Positions 38,632 through 51,012 of a stretch of 57,486 nucleotides of DNA are shown here, piece by piece. This DNA is from Nemertoderma westbladi. Taxonomy: Eukaryota; Animalia; Xenacoelomorpha. The position numbers and the translations under genes were made by a program. Every line of letters starts with the position of its first letter. Positions within the stretch are counted from its first letter, which is position 1. The notes beneath the pieces are model-generated. The model did not search any database. It saw only the letters and a list, made by a program, of their open reading frames with translations, and had not been told where the DNA came from. The DNA is taken from contig JAUCBJ010008760.1 of the NCBI GenBank assembly GCA_032718475.1, positions 1-57,486 of the forward strand, read 5' to 3'.

Positions 38632-40617
38632 ACTTCCAACCCGGAGGTCACCAGTTCTATCCCACTTCCAACCCGGAGGTCACCAGTTCTATCCCATTCC
38701 AACCCGGAGGTCACCAGTTATATCCCACTTCCAACCCGGAGGTCACCAGTTCTATCCCACTTCCAACCCGGAGGTCACCAGTTCTATCCCACCTCCAAAC
38801 CGGAGGTCACCAGTTCTATCCCACTTCCAACCCGGAGGTCACCAGTTCTATCACACTTCCAAACCGGAGGTCACCAGTTCAAACCCATTTCCAACCCGGA
38901 GGTCACCAGTTATATCCCACTTCCAACCCGGAGGTCACCAGTTCTATCCCACTTCCAACCCGGAGGTCACCAGTTCTATCCCACTTCCAACCCGGAGGTC
39001 ACCAGTTCTATCCCACTTCCAACCCGGAGGTCACCAGTTCTATCCCACTTCCAACCCGGAGGTCACTAGTTCTATCCCACTTCCAAACCGAAGGTTACCA
39101 GTTCTATCCCACTTCCAACCCGGAGGTCACCAGTTCTATCCCACTTCCAACCCGGAGGTCACCAGTTCTATCCCACTTCCAACAAGGAGGTCACCAGTTC
39201 TATCCCACTTCCAACCCGGAGGTCACCAGTTCTATCCCACTTCCAACCCGGAGGTCACCAGTTCTATCCCACTTCCAACCCGGAGGTCACCAGTTCTATC
39301 CCACTTCCAACCTGGATGTTACCAGTTCTATCCCACTTCCAACCCGGAGGTCACCAGTTCTATCCCACTTCCAACCCGGAGGTCACCAGTTCTATCCCAC
39401 TTCCAACAAGGAGGTCACCAGTTCTATCCCACTTCCAACCCGGAGGTCACCAGTTCTATCCCACTTCCAACCCGGAGGTCACCAGTTATATCCCACTTCC
39501 AACCCGGAGGTCACCAGTTCTATCCCACTTCCAACAAGGAGGTCACCAGTTCTATCCCACTTCCAACCCGGAGGTCTCCAGTTCTATCCCACTTCCAACC
39601 CGGAGGTAACCAGTTCTATCCCACTTCCAACCCGGAGGTCACCAGTTCTATCCCACTTCCAACAAGGAGGTCACCAGTTCTATCCCACTTCCAACCCGGA
39701 GGTCACCAGTTCTATCCCACTTCCAACCCGGAGGTCACCAGTTCTATCCCACTTCCAACAAGGAGGTCACCAGTTCTATCCCACTTCCAACCCGGAGGTC
39801 ACCAGTTCTATCCCACTTCCAACCCGGAGGTCACCAGTTCTATCCCACTTCCAACCCGGAGGTCACCAGTTCTATCCCACTTCTAACCCGGAGGTCACCA
39901 GTTCTATCCCACTTCCAACCCGGAGGTCACCAGTTCTATCCCACTTCCAACCCGGAGGTCACCAGTTCTATCCCACTTCCAACCCGGTTGTTACCAGTTC
40001 TATCCCACTTCCAACCCGGAGGTCACCAGTTCCATCCCACTTCCAACCCGGAGGTTACCAGTTCTATCCCACTTCCAACCCGGAGGTCACCAGTTCTATC
40101 CCACTTCCAACCTGAATGTTACCAGTTCTATCCCACTTCCAACCCGGAGGTCACCAGTTCTATCCCACTTCCAACCCGGAGGTTACCAGTTCTATCCCAC
40201 TTCCAACCCGGAGGTCACCAGTTCTATCCCACTTCCAACCTGAATGTTACCAGTTCTATCCCACTTCCAACCCGGAGGTCACCAGTTCTATCCCACTTCC
40301 AACCCGGAGGTCACCAGTTCTATCCCACTTCCAACCCGGAGGTCACCAGTTCTATCCCACTTCCAACAAGGAGGTCACCAGTTCTATCCCACCTCCAACC
40401 CGGAGGTCACCAGTTGTATCCCACTTCCAACCCGGAGGTCACCAGTTCTATCCCACTTCCAACCCGGAGGTCACCAGTTCTATCCCACTTCCAACCCGGA
40501 GGTCACCAGTTCTATCCCACTTCCAACAAGGAGGTCACCAGTTCTATCCCACTTCCAACCCGGTGGTCACCAGTTCTATGCCACTTCCAACCCGGAGGTC
40601 ACCAGTTCTAGCCCACT
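38632..40617 (+). repeat. ~2 kb minisatellite, 32 bp unit (about 62 copies), derived from a tRNA-like arm
   Basis: Unit acttccaacccggaggtcaccagttctatccc. It is preceded by atggttagagtgtcag and followed by ggacgttattgccaactttgcaaag, as in the arm at 28340-28420. Confidence 0.95.
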
Positions 40618-40899
40618 TGGACGTTATTGCCAACTTTGCAAAGGTACCGAACGAAAGTTATCAGTTATTGACTGGCCGTGGCCAAGGCCACCAAGTTCAA
40701 ATCAGGGTGTTGCCTCGGTACTTGGGTCTAAACAAGCTGATCCTCCCTTCAGTCTATTGCTACTGACCGGCTACATGTCCTATACAGATCCATCCATAGA
40801 AGAGGTGTTATTTCTGTCGACCAACAACAGATCGGAATCAACATGATTAACAATATTTAATGTTTATTTGTTTTGCTATTTTCCCAAAGGGGCCAACAC

Positions 40900-41292
40900 T
40901 GACGGGCTCATTATATGCTCTGTATGTGTGTGTGTGGGGCGAGCCACGAAGTGAGTGAAGCCTTAGCATTTGGGTGCCATTTACGAGTAGTCTGTCGTCG
41001 TCGTCATCGTCATAAATTTTTGATCGCTAATAACTCGGTCATTCCTTGATGAAATTAAACGAAACTTGGTACGTATGTAGTCCGTCAAAAGTATAGAAAG
41101 AATCTGAATTTTGGTAAAAAAACGAACGAACGCAACGATGCAAGTCAAGGAGACGAGTATTGTATTGACGACTAACGACAGACAACTCGTTAATGGTATG
41201 CTAAGGCTTTGCTTACTTCGTGCTGTGCGAAGACCCCACGAACGTGTAACTCCTTCTGACGGGCTTATTATATGCTGTGTATGTGTGTGTGT
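40900..41292. mobile_element. Nested Helentron/DINE-1-like non-autonomous fragments
   Basis: Inverted pair cacgaagtgagtgaagccttagcat / atgctaaggctttgcttacttcgtg, a short (gtc)n run, and a duplicated ctgacgggctyattatatgct..(gt)n at 40900 and 41256. Confidence 0.45.
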
Positions 41293-41646
41293 AACTCCTG
41301 AGTTCCCCCCACTGTGTCCGACATATCATCAATAGCTTTATCGAGGTCCAATTACGTAACATGTTTTTATGGGATCTGCGGCTTCTTTTACCAGTTTGAG
41401 TGTACATCCTCATTATGTATGTACAAGGAATTGTGAAAAAATACCCAGCCATTTTGTTCTATAGGAACGAATAATCCTTCAATAAACCTTTTGGGTTCCA
41501 GAATTGGCTGTAATGTGTATCTATCTTTACGGAGCTCCATATGACACTGGCTCTATTGGTTTTACTGTCTTTCTTTTGTAGCATCTCTCTGACTTGTTAG
41601 ACGATATAGATGAGGTTTTGTTTAAATAACTTGATTTTTCTTTCAG

Positions 41647-41775
41647 TTTTCTTGACGACCTCGAAAGGATCGGCGTTGATAGCTACGTTCCCACGGAGCA
41701 GGATGTTCTCAGGACGCGAGTCAAAACAACCGGAATCGTAGAGACCCATTTCTCCTTCAAAAATCTTAATTTCAA
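41647..41775 (+). CDS. GNAO1: G-alpha-o coding exon 5 (129 bp), switch I
   Basis: Acceptor cag, [42 protein letters not shown](K), donor gtgagt. Confidence 0.97.
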
Positions 41776-42249
41776 GTGAGTTTATTTGTGTCCCCATTTC
41801 TAATTAATGCACCAGTAATTATATTATTTGTCTTTCCAAAACTACAAATATTTCATTTAATTAAACTTTACGCCGAAATCAAAAAATCTCAAAATGTTTT
41901 TAAAATTTAAATATCATCGAATTTAGTTTGTATTTCGGTTTTTGTAGTATAACTATAAATTTGGCTAAATTTTTGGGATTTACACATAATTGTAGCTTTT
42001 ATTTTATACATTTGTATAATGTATAAATGTTCTTTTTGTTTGCAAACCAAAATTAAAAAAAATGTTTAAACATTTACATATCGAATCATCAGTCTATGAT
42101 TAAATGAGAACTACCTTCTATAATGCAAAAAAGCAAAGTGAAGTTTTCTTCGGTCGTTGGGCCAGGGTTAACGTACTAAGTCCTACGACATATTTCCGCG
42201 GTCCCCCAGAACTATTCTCCCCATAAGAAACTTATGTACTCATTTAGCG

Positions 42250-42326
42250 ACCTGGCCCCCGGGATGCGGGGATCGAACCCATGACCACCATGGTGCGAAT
42301 CGGATTTAACAACCACGTCAAGGTGG
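42250..42326 (-). other. Degenerate tRNA-derived sequence
   Basis: Minus strand has B box GGGTTCGATCCCC. The A box is poor and there is no intact cloverleaf. Confidence 0.45.
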
Positions 42327-42796
42327 ATGGGTCTCTCTTGTGTTGAAAAAAACCTATGCGAGGCTCACATGACACCAGTTGTTCTCAAATTCATTTCCAT
42401 ATTTTCTGTTTACCACAGCTCGTATATTGCTATATATCGTTATATATTGCTGTGTTAGTATAAAATGGTTTTTTGACAAAATTATATCACTTTATTTCAC
42501 TCTGCTGAACCTGAAATATTAGTATGCCTAGTGCTAGGATAAAATTATATTAATAAAGGGATCCCGTAACAAAAACGTAGAAATCGGGATCGGAACCGGA
42601 ACAGGAACCGGAACCGGATTGCATTTTTCAGCGGGATCCCGATTTTTCGGGATCGGGATCGGTATCGGTATCCAGTTTAAACAGCAATGGATACATTCAT
42701 ACACATTGTTGTGTGGCCATACCTCTAGAATGCATTGTCTACTGGAACAACACCTCCATATAGTTTACGATCAGTCATGTAAATCCCTAATTTCAG

Positions 42797-43420
42797 CAGT
42801 AGCTTGGTATAGTGGTGACATTTCTGGGCTTCCAATTAGGGAGCCCTGGTTCGATCCCTAGATGGGGCAGCACTGTTTGCAGCCTAGCCCAACCCCGGCT
42901 TTCATCCTTCAGTGGTCGATAAATGGGATCCAAGGCAACTTGGGAAACAGAGTGGAAGGGTTTACTGTGGAAGATCACCCATGGTGGTGAACAGGCATTC
43001 CTTTAGGAAACAAAGTGGAAGGGTTTACTATGGAAGATCACCCATGGTGGTGAACAAGCATTCCTTTAGGAAACAAAGTGGAAGGGTTTACTGTGGAAGA
43101 TCACCCATGGTGGTGAACAGGCATTCCTTTAGGAAACAAAGTGGAAGGGTTTACTATGGAAGATCACCCATGGTGGTGAACAAGCATTCCTTTAGGAAAC
43201 AAAGTGGAATGGTTTACTGTGGAAGATCACCCATGGTGGTGAACAGGCATTCCTTTAGGAAACAGAGTGGAAGGGTTTACTATGGAAGATCACCCATGGT
43301 GGTGAACAGGCATTCCTTTAGGAAACAGAGTGGAAGGGTTTACTATGGAAGATCACCCATGGTGGTGAACAGGCATTCCTTGGCTTAACGAGCCTAAAAG
43401 TTACCCCCATTCATTCATTT
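42797..43420 (+). mobile_element. tRNA-derived SINE with a conserved central domain and 7 tandem copies of a 63 bp 3' unit
   Basis: A box TGGTATAGTGG, B box GGTTCGATCCC, central ggctttcatccttcagtggtcgataaatggg, 63 bp repeats at 42943-43381 and a (catt)n tail. Confidence 0.85.
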
Positions 43421-43567
43421 CCCTAATTTATCTATTGTGTAGGGATTGTAAAAATCGGATGATGTAGATCGTGGTGTATTCATATTTGTTAACAGTTATA
43501 GTATAGCATTGATACAGGTACTGGTTAATTGTATAATTGTATGTCTAAATTTTATTATTATACCTAA

Positions 43568-43610
43568 CGCCGCTGAAGACGCCCGTGGCGGGTGAAATGG
43601 CCATACGGTG
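43568..43610 (+). ncRNA. Minimal type I hammerhead ribozyme
   Basis: CGCCG-CTGAAGA-c-GCCCG tgg CGGGT-GAAA-TGGCCA-TA-CGGTG. Stem III palindrome ATGGCCAT; predicted AUA cleavage after 43605. Confidence 0.75.
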
Positions 43611-44626
43611 AAAATAACACATTTTTATAAACCTGTGGTGAACAACCCTTAACTCCGAACATAACTGTTAACAAATAATTTATCTATGGCAGTCGTTTCA
43701 GAAATGTCAATAGCTGGACGCTACGTCTTTTCGACATCCCGCCTCCTCCTTATTCCTCGGTCTTTCATCAGGAATCCCATAGAAAGGCTTCTTGCGAGGG
43801 AATTAGAATAAGTTTCAAAAAGGTAGACTTGGGGCCCATTGTGGCAAGATATGTTACTACAGATATTGTGCAACGCCCCTCTTATTAAGTGAGCCTTTAT
43901 GCCATGAACACTGCGTTGCATCCTAGTTTATGTAACATCATTGGATCTTTGTCTTATGCAGTTCGAGGCCTACTGCCATGCCATATAACTAGAGACTCAA
44001 CTGCTTTCCGGATTAAATTTACCTTCAAAGAAAGTTTCGATTTCAATTGATTCCCATTCCCTTGATAGTTGATTTTTTGCAGGCAGATCATACCTTGTCA
44101 TTTCGTATTCAGATGTCTTCAGCAGATTTGATAGGTTTACAGAAGTCTTCTACATGACCGACAAGACGTATACAACGTCTGAACACACTAACTGTCGATG
44201 GTCTGCTGAGTGGAATCCAAGTTTACAGTCAGAATTTTGTAGCATTTACAAAGTAGACCGATGCATTAAATGTAGCCCTTTCTGGACTACTGATTAGTTT
44301 TTCAATACAATCCAATGTTTCTGGAATTAAATTTGACCCAGATCACAGTAAAGTCGAGGTCCGTTTGTGTAGGTTGTTTTCATCTACTTCTACGACCTAG
44401 GGCAGTTTGTATTTAAACTTAATCTAAATTAGGTTGCTCGGGAGACATTCCAGCACATTGTCCACCACAAAAATAGAGAAAAACTTAGCAAGCTTGTCAC
44501 CATGAGTGACACGCATAAAATGTGACTGCATCTCCCTCTGCTATAGAGACAAAGGCTATGGAATTATCCATTAATTTTCTCATCAGGGATCTCATAGATC
44601 CCCGATGATCGAAGCGTACCTCATGG

Positions 44627-45744
44627 CAGGCCCGTATGGTGATCATAATATCTGGGGGGGGGGGGGGGGGGCAGAAGCCAAATCTGGGGGGGGCAAACCC
44701 ATTACTGGGATTTGGGGAGCATACAACCAAGTGAGAGTTAATTTAGTACATAAAGTATAATCAATATTGTTGAAAGGTGTATGGGGCGAGCCACTAAGTT
44801 GGCGGAGCCTTGGCGAACTGACCCTGTTGGAGTATGTCAATAATGGCAAATAGTTGTTGAAGTAACGATTTCATTAACGTAACATTCAAATAACTTTGTT
44901 AGATTTAAAGCTGTCGAATTGAAAATTTGTAGGCATAATAATATGTCCAAAAACTTGACATTATTTAGCGACATTTGACACCAACAGTTCAACAGTCTCA
45001 TGCTAGATGGCTACATGTCTAAACATTAAATGTCCTCCCGTTTCTTTGCTTTTAAACCGTTTAAGCGGAAACTTGGCAGAATTGTACTAGACCATTAGCT
45101 GTGTCATTTAAACTTTTTCTGAGGTCTTAAAAATCGACTGCAGCTTTCCAGACTACCTCTAAGTGTAAAGTGATCAAGGGACATCTGCTTAGATGTTGCT
45201 TATATTTCTTTCGGGTTGACACTTACATAGTTTTATGTCACGTGCTGCGCGAAGGACCCACTTCAGGCATAATATGGTTAAGGTTAAGTTACAATAAATT
45301 ATAGATATTGATACCAGCGCAAGCAACCCTCAGCGCGTAGCCTTTTAGCTGTAAGCAGGCTCCCAAATTACAGACAAATAGACAATGGGTCAACAACAAA
45401 CAACCCCTGGTAGCCAATGTGAGAACCTGGAACTTTCGGGTATTTTTAGTAATTACAGGTAGGTAGGTTAATGTCATGTAGTAGTATTATATAATTGGGC
45501 CAAAATGGGATGGTGGGGAGTTACGTCAGTGTGTATGTAGACGTGTGTATCCTATTATAAGTATATCAATGTGAATCCAATAATATTGATCATTGGGGTC
45601 AAGACTATTATTATTAATTAATTGTGAACAAGACGAGTGAACATGAACAAGACATGTCTGGCTGGGGGGGGGGGGGGGGGGGGGGCAGTGAAACGTGTCG
45701 TGAAACGCAGTGCCCCCAAAGCCCCCCCGCACGATACGGGCCTG
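44627..45744. mobile_element. Complete non-autonomous hAT element
   Basis: TIR CAGGCCCGTAT(G/C)GTG at both ends. Perfect 8 bp TSD CCTCATGG (44619-44626 and 45745-45752). Confidence 0.93.
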
Positions 45745-46693
45745 CCTCATGGATCTTAATTCTTAAACATGCCTTGGCGGAAGACAGAGTCGTAAGCCTT
45801 GAAGAAGTCTACAAAGACCATGATTAGATGCTTTCCTCGAAAACTATTCCTGAATGATCCGCAAGCCGAAGTGCGAGAATGCGCCCCAGGGTGCACTTCT
45901 ACCTTTACGAAACCCAATTTTGTTGCCACTCAGGATCAACATTAATCTGTTATATACCGGTAGCTTATAGCTGCAGCTGCAATCGGAATTCTACTGATTC
46001 TCGATATGACCCATACAATCTTAGGTTATCTTTCTTATGGACCGTAACTACTAGCTTCTAACTTAGCATTTGTTGTTGTGCAGTACTTGGATAATGGGTG
46101 TTTTACCAGAGGCTTCAGCAGTTTCTACTTCATAAAACGTAATATACCTGTCCGGATGTCTTTGAACACCACTGTGGGAGACAAACGATGCATAATAAGG
46201 TCAACAGAAAGTTCTTGGTCATTATTGACAGAGTGATCAATCTCTTCACTGACCCGTTCATCATACTTGTTGGAGACTCTAAAACAGGAGAATACCCTTT
46301 GTATCTTAACGCCACCCGATCACGATCAGACGTCATTATATATTATTATTGGATACCCTGACTGTAGCAAGGAAATGACTAGCCGACATTATTTTTATTG
46401 GATTAAAGTTTATTAAGTTGCCACTCAGTTAGAAATAAAATAACAGAATTTATTAACAATGTTTTGACTGTTTTGATTTTGTTTTGAAGTTTTGAAGACA
46501 CTGTGATAATTAATTGTACCTTTAGCGTCGCAACCATGTTGTGTAGTACTATCCCTCCGTGTTGGGGGTGCCTGTTAGCTTTCTTTTCACGTTGTTTCCT
46601 GCCCTGTCCCTGTCCATATTAGAGCTTCAATGATAATCTGGAAAGTCACTCTGCGTCAGCGGTTAATTAATCTGTTTATTATTATTATTATAG

Positions 46694-46823
46694 AATGTTC
46701 GACGTCGGAGGCCAGCGAAGTGAACGCAAGAAATGGATACATTGTTTCGAGGATGTCACGGCTATCATATTTTGCGCAGCGATGAGTGCCTACGACCAAG
46801 TTCTTCACGAGGATGAATCAACG
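46694..46823 (+). CDS. GNAO1: G-alpha-o coding exon 6 (130 bp), switch II
   Basis: Acceptor tag, [43 protein letters not shown], donor gtataa. Confidence 0.97.
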
Positions 46824-47123
46824 GTATAAATTACATCTATTTAATTTATATTTTTGCAATTTTGTTTAAAATAATTTCTTGAAATCGCGTAAGTATAACA
46901 CATTTCGGATCAGAAGTCACGTCTCACATTGACAGGAATCCCAGTTAAATGGTGATTGGGTCACGAAACCACGTGTTCCTAACAATAAATAAAATTATTT
47001 TTTTTTATATGTTTAACCATGATAAATTGCAATAACTTTGGAAGATGTTGGTTATTAATCTTATTTTGTAATTAAGGATATTCCTAGAAGTCAAACTAAA
47101 TACTATTTATTTTATCACAATAG

Positions 47124-47277
47124 AATCGCATGCACGAATCTCTCAAGTTGTTTGATTCCATCTGCAACAACAAGTGGTTCACCGACACATCGATCATCCT
47201 CTTTCTCAACAAGAAAGATTTATTCGAAGAGAAGATCGCTAGAGCGCCCATCAACAGTTGCTTTCCCGAATATACAG
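47124..47277 (+). CDS. GNAO1: G-alpha-o coding exon 7 (154 bp), NKKD motif
   Basis: Acceptor tag, [51 protein letters not shown](G), donor gtttgc. Confidence 0.97.
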
Positions 47278-47549
47278 GTTTGCTAATTAACTATAGTTTA
47301 TTTTAACATTCATATAACCAGCACGCATTCCCAGTTCCCTCCCCAACCCATGCCAACACATCAACAGCCATGTATCTGATCAACACGTATCATCTCGCCA
47401 TCCGGCTACCAAATGATGATCAGTTCTACTGAAAGTGACTGAAGGGCCGCGCTGGACTTTGGCTCATCGAGGTTGTACAATAATTTACGCTAACTTTCGT
47501 TTAACGCTAACTAACATTCCTAACTATTTTTCCATTGTTATTTCCGCAG

Positions 47550-47671
47550 GATCGAGCACTTACGCTGAGGCCTCGGCATTCATTCAAGCCCAATTTGAGT
47601 CGATGAACAAATCACAGTCGAAGGAAATCTACTCACACATGACATGCGCTACTGATACCAACAACATTCAG
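47550..47671 (+). CDS. GNAO1: G-alpha-o coding exon 8 (122 bp), TCAT motif
   Basis: Acceptor cag, [41 protein letters not shown], donor gttgga. Confidence 0.95.
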
Positions 47672-47830
47672 GTTGGAAAACTTATTTATTTTATTGTTTC
47701 CCACTGTCTCTCTATCAACCAGCCATAATTATTACTTTATCTCATCAAAATATCACCCATGGGGCGGGTCAATCTTTACAATTTAATTAATTAATAATAA
47801 TACAATTTAATAAAATACTAGTTCTCTTCT

Positions 47831-49707
47831 CACCGATGGTCGGCCGCTCCAAACCAAAATTCAGTAAGTACATTTTTTGACTTTTCGAGATAATCGCGTT
47901 TAAAGTTTTTGGACTTTAAACAGCTGGCATTTGGTTGAAATTTAATTTGATGAGTTATAATTTTGTCTTTGTGTACCTCTACAAATTGTACATAAATATT
48001 AGTGCCAAAACTTATTTTTTAATTTATTCCTTACTTTTCTTATAAATCGACTTACACGGTTTTGGTCTGGTAGAAAAGAAAACAATTGTGATTTTTGATG
48101 CATCAATACCCAGTAGAGTTGAAACGGAGACCTATTTTTCTTATTCCCGGTGAACCCGAGCCGAGACCTACCCAGATAATTATTTTGGAGAATACCGGAG
48201 ACCAGAGCCAGGGATTAGAGACTTTGCTTATTTTTGTACTTGTAATTTGATTATAGCACAAACATAGGTACGTATGAACTGAGAACTATTTATGGTTGAA
48301 TTACAGTAAATCCAACCGATTCAACCCTTAATGGAAAAAATAAGCGCAAGTACAGTTTGGGTTAATGTTAATATGTTACAAAAATTTGTTTTGCTACATA
48401 GGGACTTTGTTAAATAAAAAAGGCACTTAATTCACAACTGTTAAAATCATATACCTTTTAATGGACTCTATAAACTTGGTCATTTACGAATATAGTTAGT
48501 GCACAGGTCCAGTACTCTATTCGACCCTATTGCAAGTCTCGTTACGCTCGTTCTCTTCATTTGGTCGCCGTAATATATAGCCTACAAAAAGGTGAAAAGA
48601 GCTCTGCCTTTACTTTTGCATGTAAACTTTATGGTTTATGGCTCAAATTAATTGTTAAATAAGAACTTATCTTACTTTCTTTCTTACTTACTTACTTTAT
48701 ATCTTACTTTCTTTAGGTGCAAATTTAACTTAAAATGAAACGCTTACGTACAAGATAAATATATATATTTAATTGGAAAAATCACTGATCTCTGGGTAAA
48801 ATGTCTGTTTTCAATACCCGGGAACCAGCCAGAGACCTATCCGGAGACTAAAAAACCGTCCGGAGAATCCAGAGATCGGAGATCAGTGACAAGTCTCTGT
48901 TTCAACTCTAATACCCAGTAACGTCATGATCCCCATTTCAAAACACAGTAACTAATTTGCCCAGACCAAAACCCAGTAAACTAACATTTTAACTTTTCCA
49001 ATCAGTTACCTTTCCCACACCAAAACCCAGTAAACTAACATTTAACTTTTCCAATCAGTTACCTTTGCCATGCCGAAACCAAGTAACTGACAAGTCCCTT
49101 CGCCAAAACCCAGTAACTCTGACTTCCTTCGCCAACGGTTAGCGAAAACAAAGAGGCAACATTCTAGAATATAATATTCTAGAACATTTAATTATTTGTC
49201 ATAGTATCTGCATTCGGGAAATCCCACGTCAGTTTACTGGGTTTTGACGTGGTAAATCTGACATTGACAATATACATACTGGGTTTTGACTTGGACAATT
49301 TGTCTTTTGGAAACGATACTCAATTTTGTTCAGAAAATACCAGGTGAAACCCAGTAAAGAATTTTGCTCGAAACCCAGTAAGTGCAGTTACTGGGTTTTG
49401 GCGTAGGATTTTGGGATTTTTGAGCACATATACTGGGTTTAGATGGAGTAACTTTTTCAAAATAACACCAGAAAGGATAAACGAAACCCAGTAACTAGCA
49501 TTACTGTGTTTTGACGTGGTATTTACTCTAAATTAGCTAATTAGTTAATTAGTTAATTAATTAACTGTTAATACTGCGAAATCGATTAGTGCTATGGTTT
49601 CGAAACTGAGTCAGATGAATTCTACGCCCCCAAAAACCCAAAAAATCGAAAAAATTTAATTCGAAAAAAATTGACATATTGGGTTTTGGTTTGGAGCTGC
49701 CGTGGTG
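47831..49707. mobile_element. CAC-terminated non-autonomous DNA transposon with (aaacccagtaa)n subterminal repeats
   Basis: cacc..cggccgctccaaaccaaaa is inverted to ttttggtttggagctgccgtggtg. Direct and inverted aaacccagta motifs occur internally. Confidence 0.7.
48114..48910. mobile_element. Nested non-autonomous hAT element
   Basis: TIR TAGAGTTGAAAC(G/A)GAGAC. Perfect 8 bp TSD ATACCCAG (48106-48113 and 48911-48918). Confidence 0.93.
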
Positions 49708-50045
49708 ACACCAACTAGCAGACTACATCTGTACCGAAAAGGCAACCATTAAAGTTGCAAATCATTGCAATAACTTTAACTTTCTAACTTTTTAAGAATA
49801 ATTAAGAATTAAGTAATTTTAAAATTATTATTATTTAGGAATTCTGAGAAGTAGGTACACTTTCACATCATGCGGCATTTTCATTGCGAAACACGATTTT
49901 TACAAAATCGTGTTTTATATAACAAAACCCAGTATCTCCAAAAAGTGTTCGCCAAAACCTGAACCTTTGCCAAATTTTATGCGCAAATGTTAAATTATGG
50001 ATAACAAATTCATATTTTTGATTACGTGAATAATTTAACCAATAG

Positions 50046-50144
50046 CTGAACTAGGTACTGAACTAGGTACTGAACTAGGTACTGAACTAGGTACTGAACT
50101 AGGTACTGAACTAGGTACTGAACTAGGTACTGAACTAGGTACTG
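50046..50144. repeat. 12 bp perfect tandem repeat, 8 copies
   Basis: (ctgaactaggta)8. Confidence 0.95.
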
Positions 50145-51012
50145 GCAAGTTTTTGTGGGAATTAATTCATTGATGGGAACTTCTATCATATCCAAAGTCT
50201 TTGCACATTTCTAAAAGTTTATGTTGGTGGATATATTGGGTTTTGCAATGATTGAATGATTATTGTAAGAACATGTTTTATAATTCAAAATCTTTCTTAT
50301 GTTATATACCGCAATAACTATGTAATATATTTCACATTTGTGTCCGCTTGCCTTGTACGGCCCGGGGTTCCTTTCGTTGGTCTACCGTCAATGTCTTTTT
50401 CCATTCACTTTAAACTGCCCGTCCATTAGTTTATCACCCCCCCCCCCCCCCCCCCCCCCCACGCTAATGTGTTCAATAATAGGTGAGGCGTGGACGTAAT
50501 CATGATGTAGTGTCTGTCAGTCCTTAGATCCCCCCCCCCCCCCCCCCCCCCGACCTCCCTATTTTGAACAATAATATAATTTTGATGGATTAAGTACATA
50601 CTGTTATACCTACCTAAATTAATATATGTTTCACTTTACCAGATATCATGTATTTTATACACACATGGTACAGGGTGACTGGACTATGAAGAATAACATA
50701 TTTTATTCAAAAACAATCGCAATGTAATTTCAATAGCAATTGCACTGATACAATTGGGATCTATAAACTCATTTTATAGAAATCTGCTTATTTAGAATAA
50801 TTTGTGATATATAATAACCGAATTGTGTACTTGTACCATCAGTTGATAATAATTATAATAAACAGTCTATGTCGTTTCTCGATAATAATTGGTAATAAAG
50901 GGTTTATATTATTATTTTTTTTTTTCTAAATAATAAATATAAAACCAGGTGCATTCAAAAATGTAGACACTAAATATTTTGCTTATTGATATAAATTTCA
51001 TAGTTTATATTT

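Noticed and set aside
38632-40617. CRISPR-like appearance of 32 bp repeats
   Set aside because: Repeats are head-to-tail with no unique spacers, the context is eukaryotic and there are no cas genes.
38542-40846. Long ORFs (up to 501 aa) with repeating FQPGGHQFYPTSNPEVTSSIPLPTRRSPVLSH
   Set aside because: Artefact of a stop-free 32 bp tandem repeat that is open in all three plus frames, inside a G-alpha-o intron.
42912-43388. 158 aa ORF with 21 aa repeats
   Set aside because: Translation of the 63 bp SINE repeat.
43715-43760. Minus-strand CTGATGA..gac..gtcGAAA
   Set aside because: No convincing stem I or NUH cleavage site.
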